DNA of 64,000 nucleotides from positions 62,593,279 through 62,657,278 of the forward strand of contig NC_068985.1 in the NCBI RefSeq assembly GCF_001194135.2. The letters are read 5' to 3'. The DNA comes from Octopus bimaculoides. Its lineage: Eukaryota. Position numbers and translations under genes: made by a program. The notes under the pieces are model-generated. The model had not been told where the DNA came from. It worked only from the letters and a program-made list of their open reading frames with translations, and did not search any database. Shown here one piece after another: positions 11,401-22,494 of the stretch. The stretch's first letter is position 1; each line of letters begins with the position of its first letter.

Positions 11401-11401
<1 letters not shown>
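11244..11401 (+). mobile_element. RTE-clade LINE 3'UTR with (GAT)n tail
   Basis: GTGGTTGG(C/T)GTTAGGAAGGGCATCCAGC...GGACGTTAAATGATGATGAT; homologous to the 3'UTR that follows RTE coding sequence at 20.9-21.1 kb. Confidence 0.8.
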
Positions 11402-11434
<33 letters not shown>

Positions 11435-11439
11435 TAAAG

Positions 11440-13620
11440 ACGTAAAAATAAAAACAGAACACAAATGATTCCGCGCTACACGTGTTTCAAGGTTTATAGT
11501 CGTTGCATCATTATATTGGTATATAATTGATAGACAGGATGGTATAAAGCTATCTTCAGCCGCAAATATATTCTTTCCCAAGTATTATATCACAAAGAAG
11601 TCACCAAGAACAAAGTAAAAGGAGAAACATGAGCGATAAAAGGTGAGAGTCCACTTGGTATTGTCCATTGTAATATCCATTGTAATATACATTGTAATAT
11701 CTTTATCCTTTAAGTTGATACATTTACCTAAAAGTTCATCGGTACTCCGAAATCTGTCCATATTGTGCCACAATTCCGGGTAGAGGGAATGCTAAATAAA
11801 CAATACTAGCTTATATGAGCTAGAAGGAGAGCGTCCAAAAAAAGAAGTTGGCGGTTAAAACAATATAAAATACGAAGAAAAATACACGGATATTAGTACA
11901 AAAATAATAGAAGTCAAATCGGGGCGGGGGGTAATATAAGAAACAATAAGAAAAAATCCGGATAGTAAAGTAAGATGCATATAAGCTATTTAGAAGGGTT
12001 GGGTGGTAAAATATAAAATTAAAGAAATAAAATATAAAATTAAAGAAATAAAATAACAGAGTTAAAAAGAAGGGAGATAAGAAAAAACCTAAAAGTAGAA
12101 AAAAAAGATAAATAAAGATAGATAAAGAGATAAAGAGATCTTAAAGGGTGAGGTCGTAAATGACAGACATACATGATGCTGTGTCGGCCAAGACTAGTGG
12201 TGGGTCATAAATAAATAACGTCAGGCTAAAGAAAACTTGAAATCTGATATTCTTGTGGTGAGTGGTCAGTTTGGCCGAACTACAACTTAAGTATACGAAC
12301 TTATCTATTATATTGGTAAATACACTTATCTAGAGGATAAAAGGATGATAGAAGTGGAAAATGGTAATTAGAACATATAAAAACCAAAACAATGAATAAT
12401 TAGAAAATGTAAACAAGAAAAAAAGTTATAAAATATATAGAAAATATAAAGGGGAAAACTAAGGTTGGAAGTTAAAATTCAAAATACAGAGTATTGGGAA
12501 CACTTCAACCGTAGTAATATAGTATAATAGTAATATTGTATTACATAATGTAATAGTGATAAGAAATAACAACACCAACAACAATAATGCAAAGAAGATA
12601 AAAAAAACATAGTGGTTTGAAAAGGTATATTGATTAGAAGAATATTGTGGTAGAGGAAGTGACGGTTTATCTATTAGTGTAAATTATATGGCATAGTGGA
12701 ACTACTACTATAATCGTGTTTTAATCAATGGGTATTGGTGTATTAATATAAAGAAGTCTGGGTTTGCATCTCCTAATTGTTACTAGTATAATATTATTAT
12801 AATAAAAAAACATTGCAGTGATTAGTGTTACTTTTGTGTATTGTAGTGTCATTCGAAAGCTTCGAGTCAGTGATTGAAAGGTTTAGAAATTTTTCTATAA
12901 AAGTGGGATTATGGATCCCGGGTTATTAAATATGTGTGTATATTATGTGGTCATAATCTAGCTATGCAAGGGTAAACTGAATTATTAAGGTACATAGTCA
13001 GGTTGGGGGTAGAGTACGGGCTTCGTTAATTCAATGTCTGAATTGTGGCAGGAAGAATCTGACGTGGGAGTTGCTAATGAGAGAAGGTTTAGAAGTGTTT
13101 ATAACTAAAAAGAGAGGACTTAGGGATTGTAATATCTAAAGGTTTTAATCATTTTATGCATACAGGAAGGTTTGAAATCTAATCTCTTATTAATTAGCTT
13201 NNNNNNNNNNTGTAATATCTAAAGGTTTTAATCATTTTATGCATACAGGAAGGTTTGAAATCTAATCTCTTATTAATTAGCTTATTCTTATCAGGGAATC
13301 TAATAATTTTCAATAGTTCTAAGGAGCATAACTGGCAACCAGTTCTATTATCTTTATACGTTGCGGCCGATCCAACTATGGACCATCTAAGGTTAAAATT
13401 AATGTTATCGCCTTTAAGCTCCCAAATTCTACGAGATAATGAGGTGTTATTATCCTTATGTCTGAGTCTAAACCGGTTAAAATGTCTTACGGTTAAGCTG
13501 GTTCCTATGTATTTCCCTGAAGAGAAGATTACATCCTTACCAACATCACTTATTCCTTTGGAAGGAACCATTTGTAATCTTCGAAACATATGTTGGAAAT
13601 AAAAGAATTCATTTAACATA
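11440..13620 (-). mobile_element. Penelope-like element relic (GIY-YIG C-terminus plus long AT-rich 3' region)
   Basis: ORF 13194-13619: YIGTSL..RHFNRF..NTSLSRRIWELK..LRWSIV..CQLCSLE..LINKR..CMHK. Confidence 0.75.
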
Positions 13621-13947
13621 TGCGTATTACTCCATTTACTAAATTTTTTTATNNNNNNNNNNNNNNNNNNNNNNNNNNNNNNNNNNNNNNNNNNNNNNNN
13701 NNNNNNNNNNNNNNNNNNNNNNNNNNNNNNNNNNNNNNNNNNNNNNNNNNNNNNNNNNNNNNNNNNNNNNNNNNNNNNNNNNNNNNNNNNNNNNNNNNNN
13801 NNNNNNNNNNNNNNNNNNNNNNNNNNNNNNNNNNNNNNNNNNNNNNNNNNNNNNNNNNNNNNNNNNNNNNNNNNNNNNNNNNNNNNNNNNNNNNNNNNNN
13901 NNNNNNNNNNNNNNNNNNNNNNNNNNNNNNNNTATATAGTGGGTGTG

Positions 13948-14258
13948 GAGGCGCAATGGCCCAGTGGTTAGGGTAGCGGACTCGCGGTCATAGGATCGCG
14001 GTTTCGATTGAGCGAAAACACCTAAAAAGCTCCACAAGGCTCCGGCAGGGGATGGTGGCGAACCCTGCTTTTTCTCACTCTTTCTTCCTATTTCTGTTGT
14101 GCCTGTAATTCAAAGGGTCAGCTGAATATCCCCGAGAACTACGTTGAGGGTATACGTGCCTGTGGAGTGCTCAGCCACTTGCACGTTAATTTCACAAGCA
14201 GGCTGTTCCGGATCAACTGGAACCCTCGCCGTCGTAAGCGACGGAGTGCCAACAACAT
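13948..14258 (+). mobile_element. tRNA-headed SINE, second family
   Basis: Head GGCGCAATGGCCCAGTGGTTAGGG...GGTTTCGATT; body GGAGTGCTCAGCCACTT..GTTAATTTCAC..GCAGGCTGTTCC. An antisense copy lies at 62290-62490. Confidence 0.75.
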
Positions 14259-14519
14259 ATAGTGAGTTCAAAAAAGAAAAATGGCAAAAATACAACAACG
14301 CGAGGACGTAATACAGATATTGTGTTACTGGACGCTCGGGAAAGGAAAGGAAGAGAATTTGACGTTTCGAGCGGAGCTCTTCGAAAGTCCAAAGAAGGGA
14401 AGACGGAGGAAGAAAAAATCACCAACGATATGCACGAGGTTAGATTGTGGAATGACCGGAAAGGAAAGGGCGGAGAAAAAGTTCTTTCTAAGACAGGAGA
14501 GTGCAAGAGAGGGAGCTAT

Positions 14520-16290
14520 GTATGCGTGTGCGCGGGTCCGTGTGTGTGTGTAATAACAGAACCTGTATGTGCGTATGTGTGTGTGTGTGGTTTGGCTGTT
14601 TATCTGTTAGTGTGTGTGTCGCTTAACGTTGTGGAAGGAATTATTTGCAGGAATAATTTGGGAGTGGTTGTGGACGATGGTCAGTAGAAAGTGAGCAAGC
14701 AGTTTTTAAGTATGTGTGTGTATGTTGTGTGAGTGTATTTTTCTTGCAGTGTGTGCCTGTATCTGTGTGTGTGTATGTGTATATATATATGTGTGTGTAC
14801 GTGTGTGTGTGTGTGTATGCGTACAGTTTGCTGTGGATCGCACGTGGGTTATTGTGTGTATGTGTATGTGTGCGTGTATGTTCGTATGTGTGTAAGTCCA
14901 TGTATGTATACTTAGGTGCGTGTATGTGTTAGTGTTTGTTGTGTGTATATGTGAGTTATGTGTGGGTTCATTTGCGTGTGTGTGTATGTGAGTTCGTTTG
15001 TACATGTGTGTATGTCTTTTGTGTGTGTGCATGTGTATGTGTGTGTGCGTGTGTGTAGACGGGAGGGTTGTGTGTGGAGGTATATGTGCGTTTTTTCGCG
15101 CTTATGCAAGTGTGTGTGTGCGTGTATGTGTGCGTGCATGTGTGTGTGGGGGGGGATGCGTGTGTGGGATTGTGAGTGTTGGGTGCGTGTGTGTGTATAT
15201 GTGTGGCGCTGTGTGTCTTTATGTGTGTGTGTGTGTGTATGCGTATGTATTTTTTGTGCGTGCGTATGTATGTGTATATTGTGTATATTTTTGTGCGTGT
15301 ATGTTGTGTGTATGTGCGTTCCTGTGTACGTGTGTGTGTGCGTGCGTTTGCTTCTGTACATGCGTGTGTTGTTTATGCCCATGTGTGTGTAATTGTATGC
15401 GTGTCTGTGTGTGTGTTGTTTGTGGGAGGTATGTGTGCGTGTGTGTGTGTATGTGTGTGTGCGCGTGTGCGTGTGTATGTGTGTGGATGTGCGTACGCGT
15501 GTGTGGGGGGATTGTGAGTGTTAGGTACGTGTGCGTGTGTGTATGCGCGTGTATGTATATGTGTGTGAGCGTGTGTGTATATTTTTGTGCATGTGTGTGT
15601 GTATGTATGTGTATATTGTGTATATTTTCGTGCGTGCGTGTGTGTGTATGTTGTGTACATGTGCGTTCCTGTGTATGTGTGTGTGTGTGTGTGCGTGCAT
15701 TTGCTTACGTACGTGCGTGCATGAGCGTGTGTTATTTATGCCCTTGTGTGTAATTGTATGCGTGTCTGTGTGTGTGTTGTGTATGTGGGAGGTATGTGTG
15801 CGTGCGAGTGTGTGTGTATGCGTGTGTATATGTGTGTGTGTACGTGCATATGTGTGTATGAGCGTAGAGATGTGTGTCAAGTATGTGTGCGTTTTATTGC
15901 GTGTATGCACTTCTGTGTGTGTGTATGTGTATGTAGTTTTGTGTAGGCATGTGCGTTTATTTGTGCGCGTATATATGGGTGTGTGTGTCTGTGTGTGTAG
16001 GGTTGTTTGAGTAGGTGTGTGTGCATCACTGTGCATGTGTATGTGTGTATATATATGTGCGTTCGTCTGTATGTGTGTGAGAGTGCGCATGTATGTTTGT
16101 CATGCGTGTTGTCAGGTGTGTGGGCGGTATATATGTCAGGTGTGTGGGAGATGTGTCAGGTTTGTGGGAGGTATATGTGAATGGGGGTATTAATGGGTTA
16201 TGTATGCATGGGTGTATGTTGCATAGGCGTATGTTGCATGGGTGTGTGTGTGTATGTATATGTATGCATGTGTGTTTGCGTGTGTATATA
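14520..16290. repeat. Long degenerate (TG/CA)n-rich low-complexity tract
   Basis: Direct inspection; it generates spurious CVCV/HTHT ORFs. Confidence 0.9.
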
Positions 16291-16539
16291 TATATAAAAT
16301 CAAAATAGGACAAAAATATTTTACAAGAATTTTATCAGGAAGCTAGTGTGTAAAAAAAAAAAAAAAATTTGTAAGGGAAATTTCTATTCCCAAGAATATA
16401 CTTATTCGTTTTTATATATATATATATATATATATATNNNNNNNNNNNNNNNNNNNNNNNNNNNNNNNNNNNNNNNNGTGTGTAAAAAAAAAAAAAAATT
16501 TGTAAGGGAAATTTCTATTCCCAAGAATATACTTATTCG

Positions 16540-16586
<47 letters not shown>

Positions 16587-16644
16587 GCACACACACATAT
16601 ATATATGCATACACACAAATATACAAGAGGCTTTTTTTAGTTTC

Positions 16645-16780
16645 TGTTGACGAAATCCACTCACAAGGCTTTGATCAGCCTGAGGCTATAGATCAGCTTG
16701 AGGCTATAGGTGTCATGCCGTGGGACTGAACCCAGAATCATATGGTTGGGAACCAAATTTCTTACCCCAGAACCACGCCT
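16645..16780 (-). mobile_element. tRNA-derived SINE 5' part, internally rearranged
   Basis: Minus strand GGTGCAGGCGTGGTTCTGGGGTAAG...GGGTTCAGTCCCA...CTATAGCCTC (duplicated)...CAAAGCCTTGTGAGTGGATTT. Confidence 0.7.
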
Positions 16781-17560
16781 GCACCACATATATATATATA
16801 GAGAGAGAGGTATGGTGATGCAAACAGGAAAAACAAAACTGAAAATATGGGTGTATGTATCTTTTTGCAAATATTTAGTTGAAGTAACAGAGTATCTGAT
16901 GGTCTGAGTATTTTGTGTGCTGGCGCTTATGAAACTAGTCACAGGTCAAAGAGCTGTGAGTTTATGTAGCTGGTGACAAATATATTCCCCTCTGGATTGT
17001 TCCAGATCAAATTTTAACATTATAATAATGTCGCGTGGATAATTCATATTTTCTCAAATAGTTTACCTGTTATGTTGTTCAATAAACAAATACATAAATA
17101 AAGAAAGAAAGAAAGAAAGAAAGAAAAACACAAAGAAACCTTCTGCATGTCATCACACAAACATACACATACACTCATATGCACACACACACACACACAC
17201 ACGCTAAAAACAAAAAAAAAAACACGGATTTTGCACTCATGTATATATGAGAGAGAGTGTATATAAATCAGGAGTATAGACATATAGATATGCATGTATA
17301 TGCATGAGGATACATATTACATGCACACACACGCACGCATATATATATATATGTCCGGCAGTTGCCATGATAGATCGCTGACCAAAACATTCAATTTTTT
17401 TTCTCCATGTCTTTCTCCTTGTTTTCTCCGTATTCTTTCTGTTGAAGAACGTAGCTCGAAATGTTAAAGACTTTCTCTATTCCCGAGCGTTAAACTAATA
17501 CATCCTTTTGTTGTTTACACCACCTGTCCTTGTCTGTTGTTGTTTTTTTCGTACATTCTC

Positions 17561-17608
<48 letters not shown>

Positions 17609-17832
17609 TATATATTTGTGAAAAGAGCAGACGTTGTCTCACAAGCAGTTGTGCAGGAAAAAGTGTTAGTAAATGTGGTTGGATTGACCTGAAAATTTGC
17701 ATACCTATGTTAAAAGTCCTGGAGAGTTTGCATGACAACTTTGAGTTTACTCAATTGAAAGGCAAAATTCCTCATTTTTAAAATGTGGCCCAAATAGACC
17801 CAAATGAAATCGGGTTGTAATACTAGTATATA

Positions 17833-18505
17833 TATAAAAGTCAATAAAAGAAAATGGAGAAGAAAAATATAATAGATGCTAGGTTCATTTTATTTGTATC
17901 ACAATGGAAAAGTAATGTAAATTATAAGAGGAACAATTATAAGAGGAACCAGATCAACAAAACAACCGAAAAATATCCAAAGAAAATCCTACACATGCTT
18001 CAATCTGACAGTATGTTTGAATCTTCAATATTATAACTTTTGCAGATGTAATAAGCGATGTGTTACCGGATATCTTCAGGGAAAAGTAAGTGTATTTTCC
18101 GGTCTTCGATTACAAAATAACTTGTTTGAGGACTTCAAGACCGGAAAACATACTTACTTTTCTCTGAAGATATCTGGTAATATATCATTTATTACATCTA
18201 TAAAAGTTATAATATTGAAGATTCAAACATATTGTCAGAGTGAAACGTGTGAGATTTTTTGAGGATATCTGTTGGTTCCTTTTATAATTGTTCCTATAGG
18301 TATCTCTTTTAATTTGCATTACTTTTCCATTATGATACAAATAAAATGAACCACGTATCTATTATATTTTTTCTTCTGATTCCTTTTATAATTGTTCTTA
18401 TAGGTATCTCTTTTACTTTGCATTACTTTTCCATTGTGATACAAATAAAATGAACCAAGTATCTATTATATTTTTTCTTCTCCATTTTCTATTATCGACT
18501 TTATA
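17833..18505. repeat. Foldback palindrome (MITE-like) with ~275 bp arms and a 30 nt spacer
   Basis: 18004-18106 is the imperfect reverse complement of 18137-18239. The arms extend outwards to about 17833 and 18505, with a ~100 bp tandem duplication in the right arm. Confidence 0.85.
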
Positions 18506-18625
18506 ATTTATGAGACTGTTTATACATATATATTGAGGAACTCTCTACCAATGTATTTGATAAGACTCAGTTGACATCTGGATTGTTATTAACAATCCTT
18601 TATGGGGAAATTGCTTCCTCAAATA

Positions 18626-19864
18626 CAGGGGTTGGACAAAATAATGGAAACACCTAGCATCATAGCATCATAATTTTGAAATATCTATAAAACCATCAGA
18701 AGCTTGTTTACTTTTATGGTTTTTTTTTATTTATTATTAGTGTTGCTTAATATGTTTTGCTAAAATTGTTGTTTCTTTTCAGATATCATCAGAAAAAGGT
18801 AATTAAAATTCATTAAAATGACAGATCTATCAGACTTTCAAAGAGGTCAAATTGTTGGTGCTCATATGGCAGGCACTAGCATAATGAAAACAGCCGAAAT
18901 GTTTAGTGTATTAAGAAGTACTGTCTCAAAAGTAATGACAGCCTTTGAGAAAGAGGGAAAAACCTCCTCGTTGAAACAAAACTCCATAAAAAACCAAAAC
19001 TTTCAAATAGGGACAGTCGGACTCATATGTGAATTGTTAGGAAGTACCACAAAAGTACAGCTTCCAAAATTACTGCAGAGCTTAATGACCACCTTGAGAA
19101 CCCAGTTTCCACAAAGCTGTTCAATGGGAGCTGCACAAAGCTGCATTTCACAGGAGAGCTGCAATCAGAAAACCACTACTTTCAAAAACAAACATTGCAA
19201 AGCATTTAGAGTGGAGTAAAAACCTACAGAATTGGTCCCTACAGCAGTGGAAGAATGTTATTTTCTTGGACGAGTCATCCTTTCCCTTATTTCTGACCAC
19301 CAGCCAAGTATACATGTGGAGACAGCCAAAAGGAGCATTTGACCCAGACTGCCTTCTTTCAACTGTTAAACATGGAGGAGGATCTGTGATGATCTGGGGG
19401 GCTATATCTTGGAAACCCTCCAGCCCAATGGTTTCTCTTCATGGTAGAATTAATAGTCAAGACTATTTAAGCGTTTTATCTGATCAAATTCATCTTATGG
19501 TTGCAGAACTGTTTCTGGAAGGAAACGCAATCTTTCAGGATGATAATGCACCAATTCACACAGCTAAAGTTGTTATTGAATGGCACGAGGAACATTCTAG
19601 TAAAGTTGGACATCTTATCTGGCCACCACAGTCCCCAGATCTCAATATTATTAAACATTTATGGTGCATTTTAGAAAAACAAGTAAAGAGTCAATATCCT
19701 CCACCATCATCACTACAAGCACTGGAGACTGTTTTAGCTGAAGAATGGACAAAAATTCCTTTGGAAACAATTCAAATTTTGTACAAGTCTTAGAATTCAA
19801 GTTGCAATTACTGGCAAAGGCGGTCCTACCCCATATCAAAATAAATTTGTTTGAAATTTTAAGG
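18626..19864 (+). mobile_element. Tc1/mariner DNA transposon (DD36E spacing), inactive
   Basis: TA followed by left TIR CAGGGGTTGGACAAAATAATGGAAACACCT. HTH region in ORF 18818-19219; DESSF, FQDDNAPIH and SPDLNIIKHLW in ORF 19266-19793. The right TIR begins (AGG) at the gap. Confidence 0.9.
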
Positions 19865-19896
19865 NNNNNNNNNNATATATATGTATATATATATAC

Positions 19897-20343
19897 CTCT
19901 AGATAACCTGCAGCATTATTGTTAAAGCCAACAAATACAGTGGGTGGGGTAGCAAATGTGAGCTTCGCATGACTGAAAATCTAAACATCATCACATCAAA
20001 AACTAATATTTTAAATATTAGGGATGAAACTTTCAAAGAGACCCCCTCCACCTACTTGGGCACTGGATAAGTTCTCTTCTTCCCTGACTATATACATCAT
20101 ATGAACTTCATGCATTAAAGAGATATGCCCTTGTACTGAGCTCCCTCAGCACACAAATATACGACTATCACACATACCCTGGACATTACATTATATACCC
20201 ACAAACTTACCATTCAACAACCCCATAAGTTTACATTTCCATGAACCAAATTCAACATCAAGATATGTGTAAGATATGTGAAAATCCACAATCAGATGTA
20301 TGCATCCAAACATGAACAAAATGCATAATGCAGGAACACAGAT
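19897..20343 (-). CDS. Three candidate small coding exons (20343-20211, 20083-20056, 19972-19897) of an unidentified gene
   Basis: AG/GT boundaries (donors GTAAGT, GTAGGT, GTATAT) with matching phases give an open frame ...YLDVEFGSWKCKLMGLLNGKKRTYPVPNHAKLTFATPPTVFVGFNNNAAGYLE. Two of the acceptors have weak pyrimidine tracts. Confidence 0.3.
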
Positions 20344-20644
20344 CTGTGTACGTGTGTGTACGCATAAATGTATTTTGCATGTATGTATATATATATTTGT
20401 ATATGTATAAGTCTGTATCAAAGTGTATGTGTGTGCATGCACATACATGTGTGTGTATGCATATGCACAAAACACCACATGATCCAAAGACTGAATATAT
20501 ACACCAATTTATGAATATATACTCAAACTTGCAAAATATACACAATTATAGCAACAATAAAAATTTTGACACCAAAATATGTGATAAACATGAAATTTGG
20601 CAACCAGACAAGCATATAAGTAAATATGAACTATTAAGTACACG

Positions 20645-21440
20645 CATTTAAAGAGAGACGATTGCGCTGGTATGGACATGTGGTGAGAATAGAGGAGGAT
20701 AGCTGCGTGAAAAAGTGCCACACCCTAACAGTTGAGGGAACCCGTGGAAGAGGTAGGCCCAGGAAGACCTGGGCTGAGGTGGTGAGGCAAGACCTTCGTA
20801 CATTGGGCCTCACCGAGGCGATGACTACGGACCGAGACCTTTGGAAATGGGCTGTGCGTGAGAAGACCCGGCAAGCCAAGTAAGATCGTTGCCAGTGCCC
20901 CTGGACTGGTTCTTGTGCGGTTGGCACATGAGATGCACCATTTTGAGCGTGGCCGTTTTCGTGCGGGTGACACGTAAAAGCACCCACTACACTCTCTGAG
21001 TGGTTGGCGTTAGGAAGGGCATCCAGCTGTAGAAACTCTGCCAAATCAGACTGGAGCCTGGTGTTGCCATCCGGTTTCACCAGTCCTCAGTCAAATCGTC
21101 CAACCCATGCTAGCATGGAAAGCGGACGTTAAACGATGATGATGATGATNNNNNNNNNNNNNNNNNNNNNNNNNNNNNNNNNNNNNNNNNNNNNNNNNGC
21201 GGGTGGCACATAAAAGACACCATTTCGAGCGTGGCCGTTTTCGTGCGGGTGACACGTAAAAGCACCCACTACACTCTCTGAGTGGTTGGCGTTAGGAAGG
21301 GCATCCAGCTGTAGAAACTCTGCCAAATCAGACTGGAGCCTGGTGTTGCCATCCGGTTTCACCAGTCCTCAGTCAAATCGTCCAACCCATGCTAGCATGG
21401 AAAGCGGACGTTAAACGATGATGATGATGATGATGATGAT
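20645..21440 (+). mobile_element. RTE-clade LINE 3' end; 3'UTR repeated across a gap
   Basis: RRLRWYGHVVRIEEDSCVKKCHTLTVEGTRGRGRPRKTW...REKTRQAK*, then 3'UTR and (GAT)n. Confidence 0.9.
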
Positions 21441-21776
21441 TTAAAATTTTTAAATATTAATGCTGGTATGTTATGTGTGCAGAAAATTCAAATTTAATCA
21501 AATTTAATCTAAACTTGAAGCAAGGGAGATAACCCAAAAGTTATTCCCCGAGATGTTTGTTTCTTTACCCAAAACTTTGCATTATTTTATTGTGATCTTA
21601 AGTGATTTTCGTGTTTTAATCTAAGATGGAGATGAACACCGATGTTCCATGTGGCAGGCTTGATAATTGTTAAGGGATTTCTTTTAACATGAAACTAATA
21701 GTAGTTTTAACCCCAAGATAAAGATTTTTTTCCTATCAATGTGGTGTTGAGCACTCATTCTCATTGTTCAATATTA

Positions 21777-21811
<35 letters not shown>

Positions 21812-22494
21812 CATGCATGCATGTATATATGTGTATATGCATATATAACACTTTTTAAAGTTATTTCTACAGATTTTTTGTAGAAACTTGAGCCAGCACT
21901 GGATGTTACGATGTTTTGTATATAAATAAGTCTTTGTAAACAACGCGTTTGAAGATAGACAAATAGATAATGGGTGTATATTCATATTTCTGAATTTCTT
22001 GCTCCTTCTTCAGCACCACATCCAACCCATTGACCATCCACGAATACATTGCTATTTAAGCCACCAAATATAGCAGTGTAACACACACATGTTTATCACT
22101 GTTATATTTTGTCTTTAGAGAACTTTGTGACACCTGTGTTTTGATTTGGTTATGTGTTTTCAGTTAACACATATCATCTGAAAGATGTTTTCTGAAGGTG
22201 AAATCCAACAGCAATTATTTGTGTTCAAATCTCTCACAACACATTCAAAATGAATATACATATCATTGTTTTGATTCTCACTATTCTCTGGGCACATGAT
22301 AATTTATTATTGACTTGGCAAGCATCAGTATGCATCAACAAAAATTGGTTTGCTGAATTCTATAAATAAGAGCCACTTCTTGTTTAAATTCATTGATATA
22401 GGGATAGTGTTGATTGAAGAGATACAACATCAGTGTCTCAAAGTCCCCTCAAATCAATGAATTTAGCATGCTGTCAGCACACATCATCATCATC

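Noticed and set aside
13120-13290. Direct ~80 bp repeat either side of a 10-N gap (similar cases at 16346-16560 and 20900-21440)
   Set aside because: Near-identical sequence flanking a gap is most likely unmerged contig overlap, not a biological duplication.
14641-16313. Many long ORFs (CVCV.., HTHT.., up to 251 aa) that could pass for Cys- or His-rich metal-binding proteins
   Set aside because: They are translations of TG/CA microsatellite that lacks stop codons. The same applies to the YIYI ORFs throughout the window.
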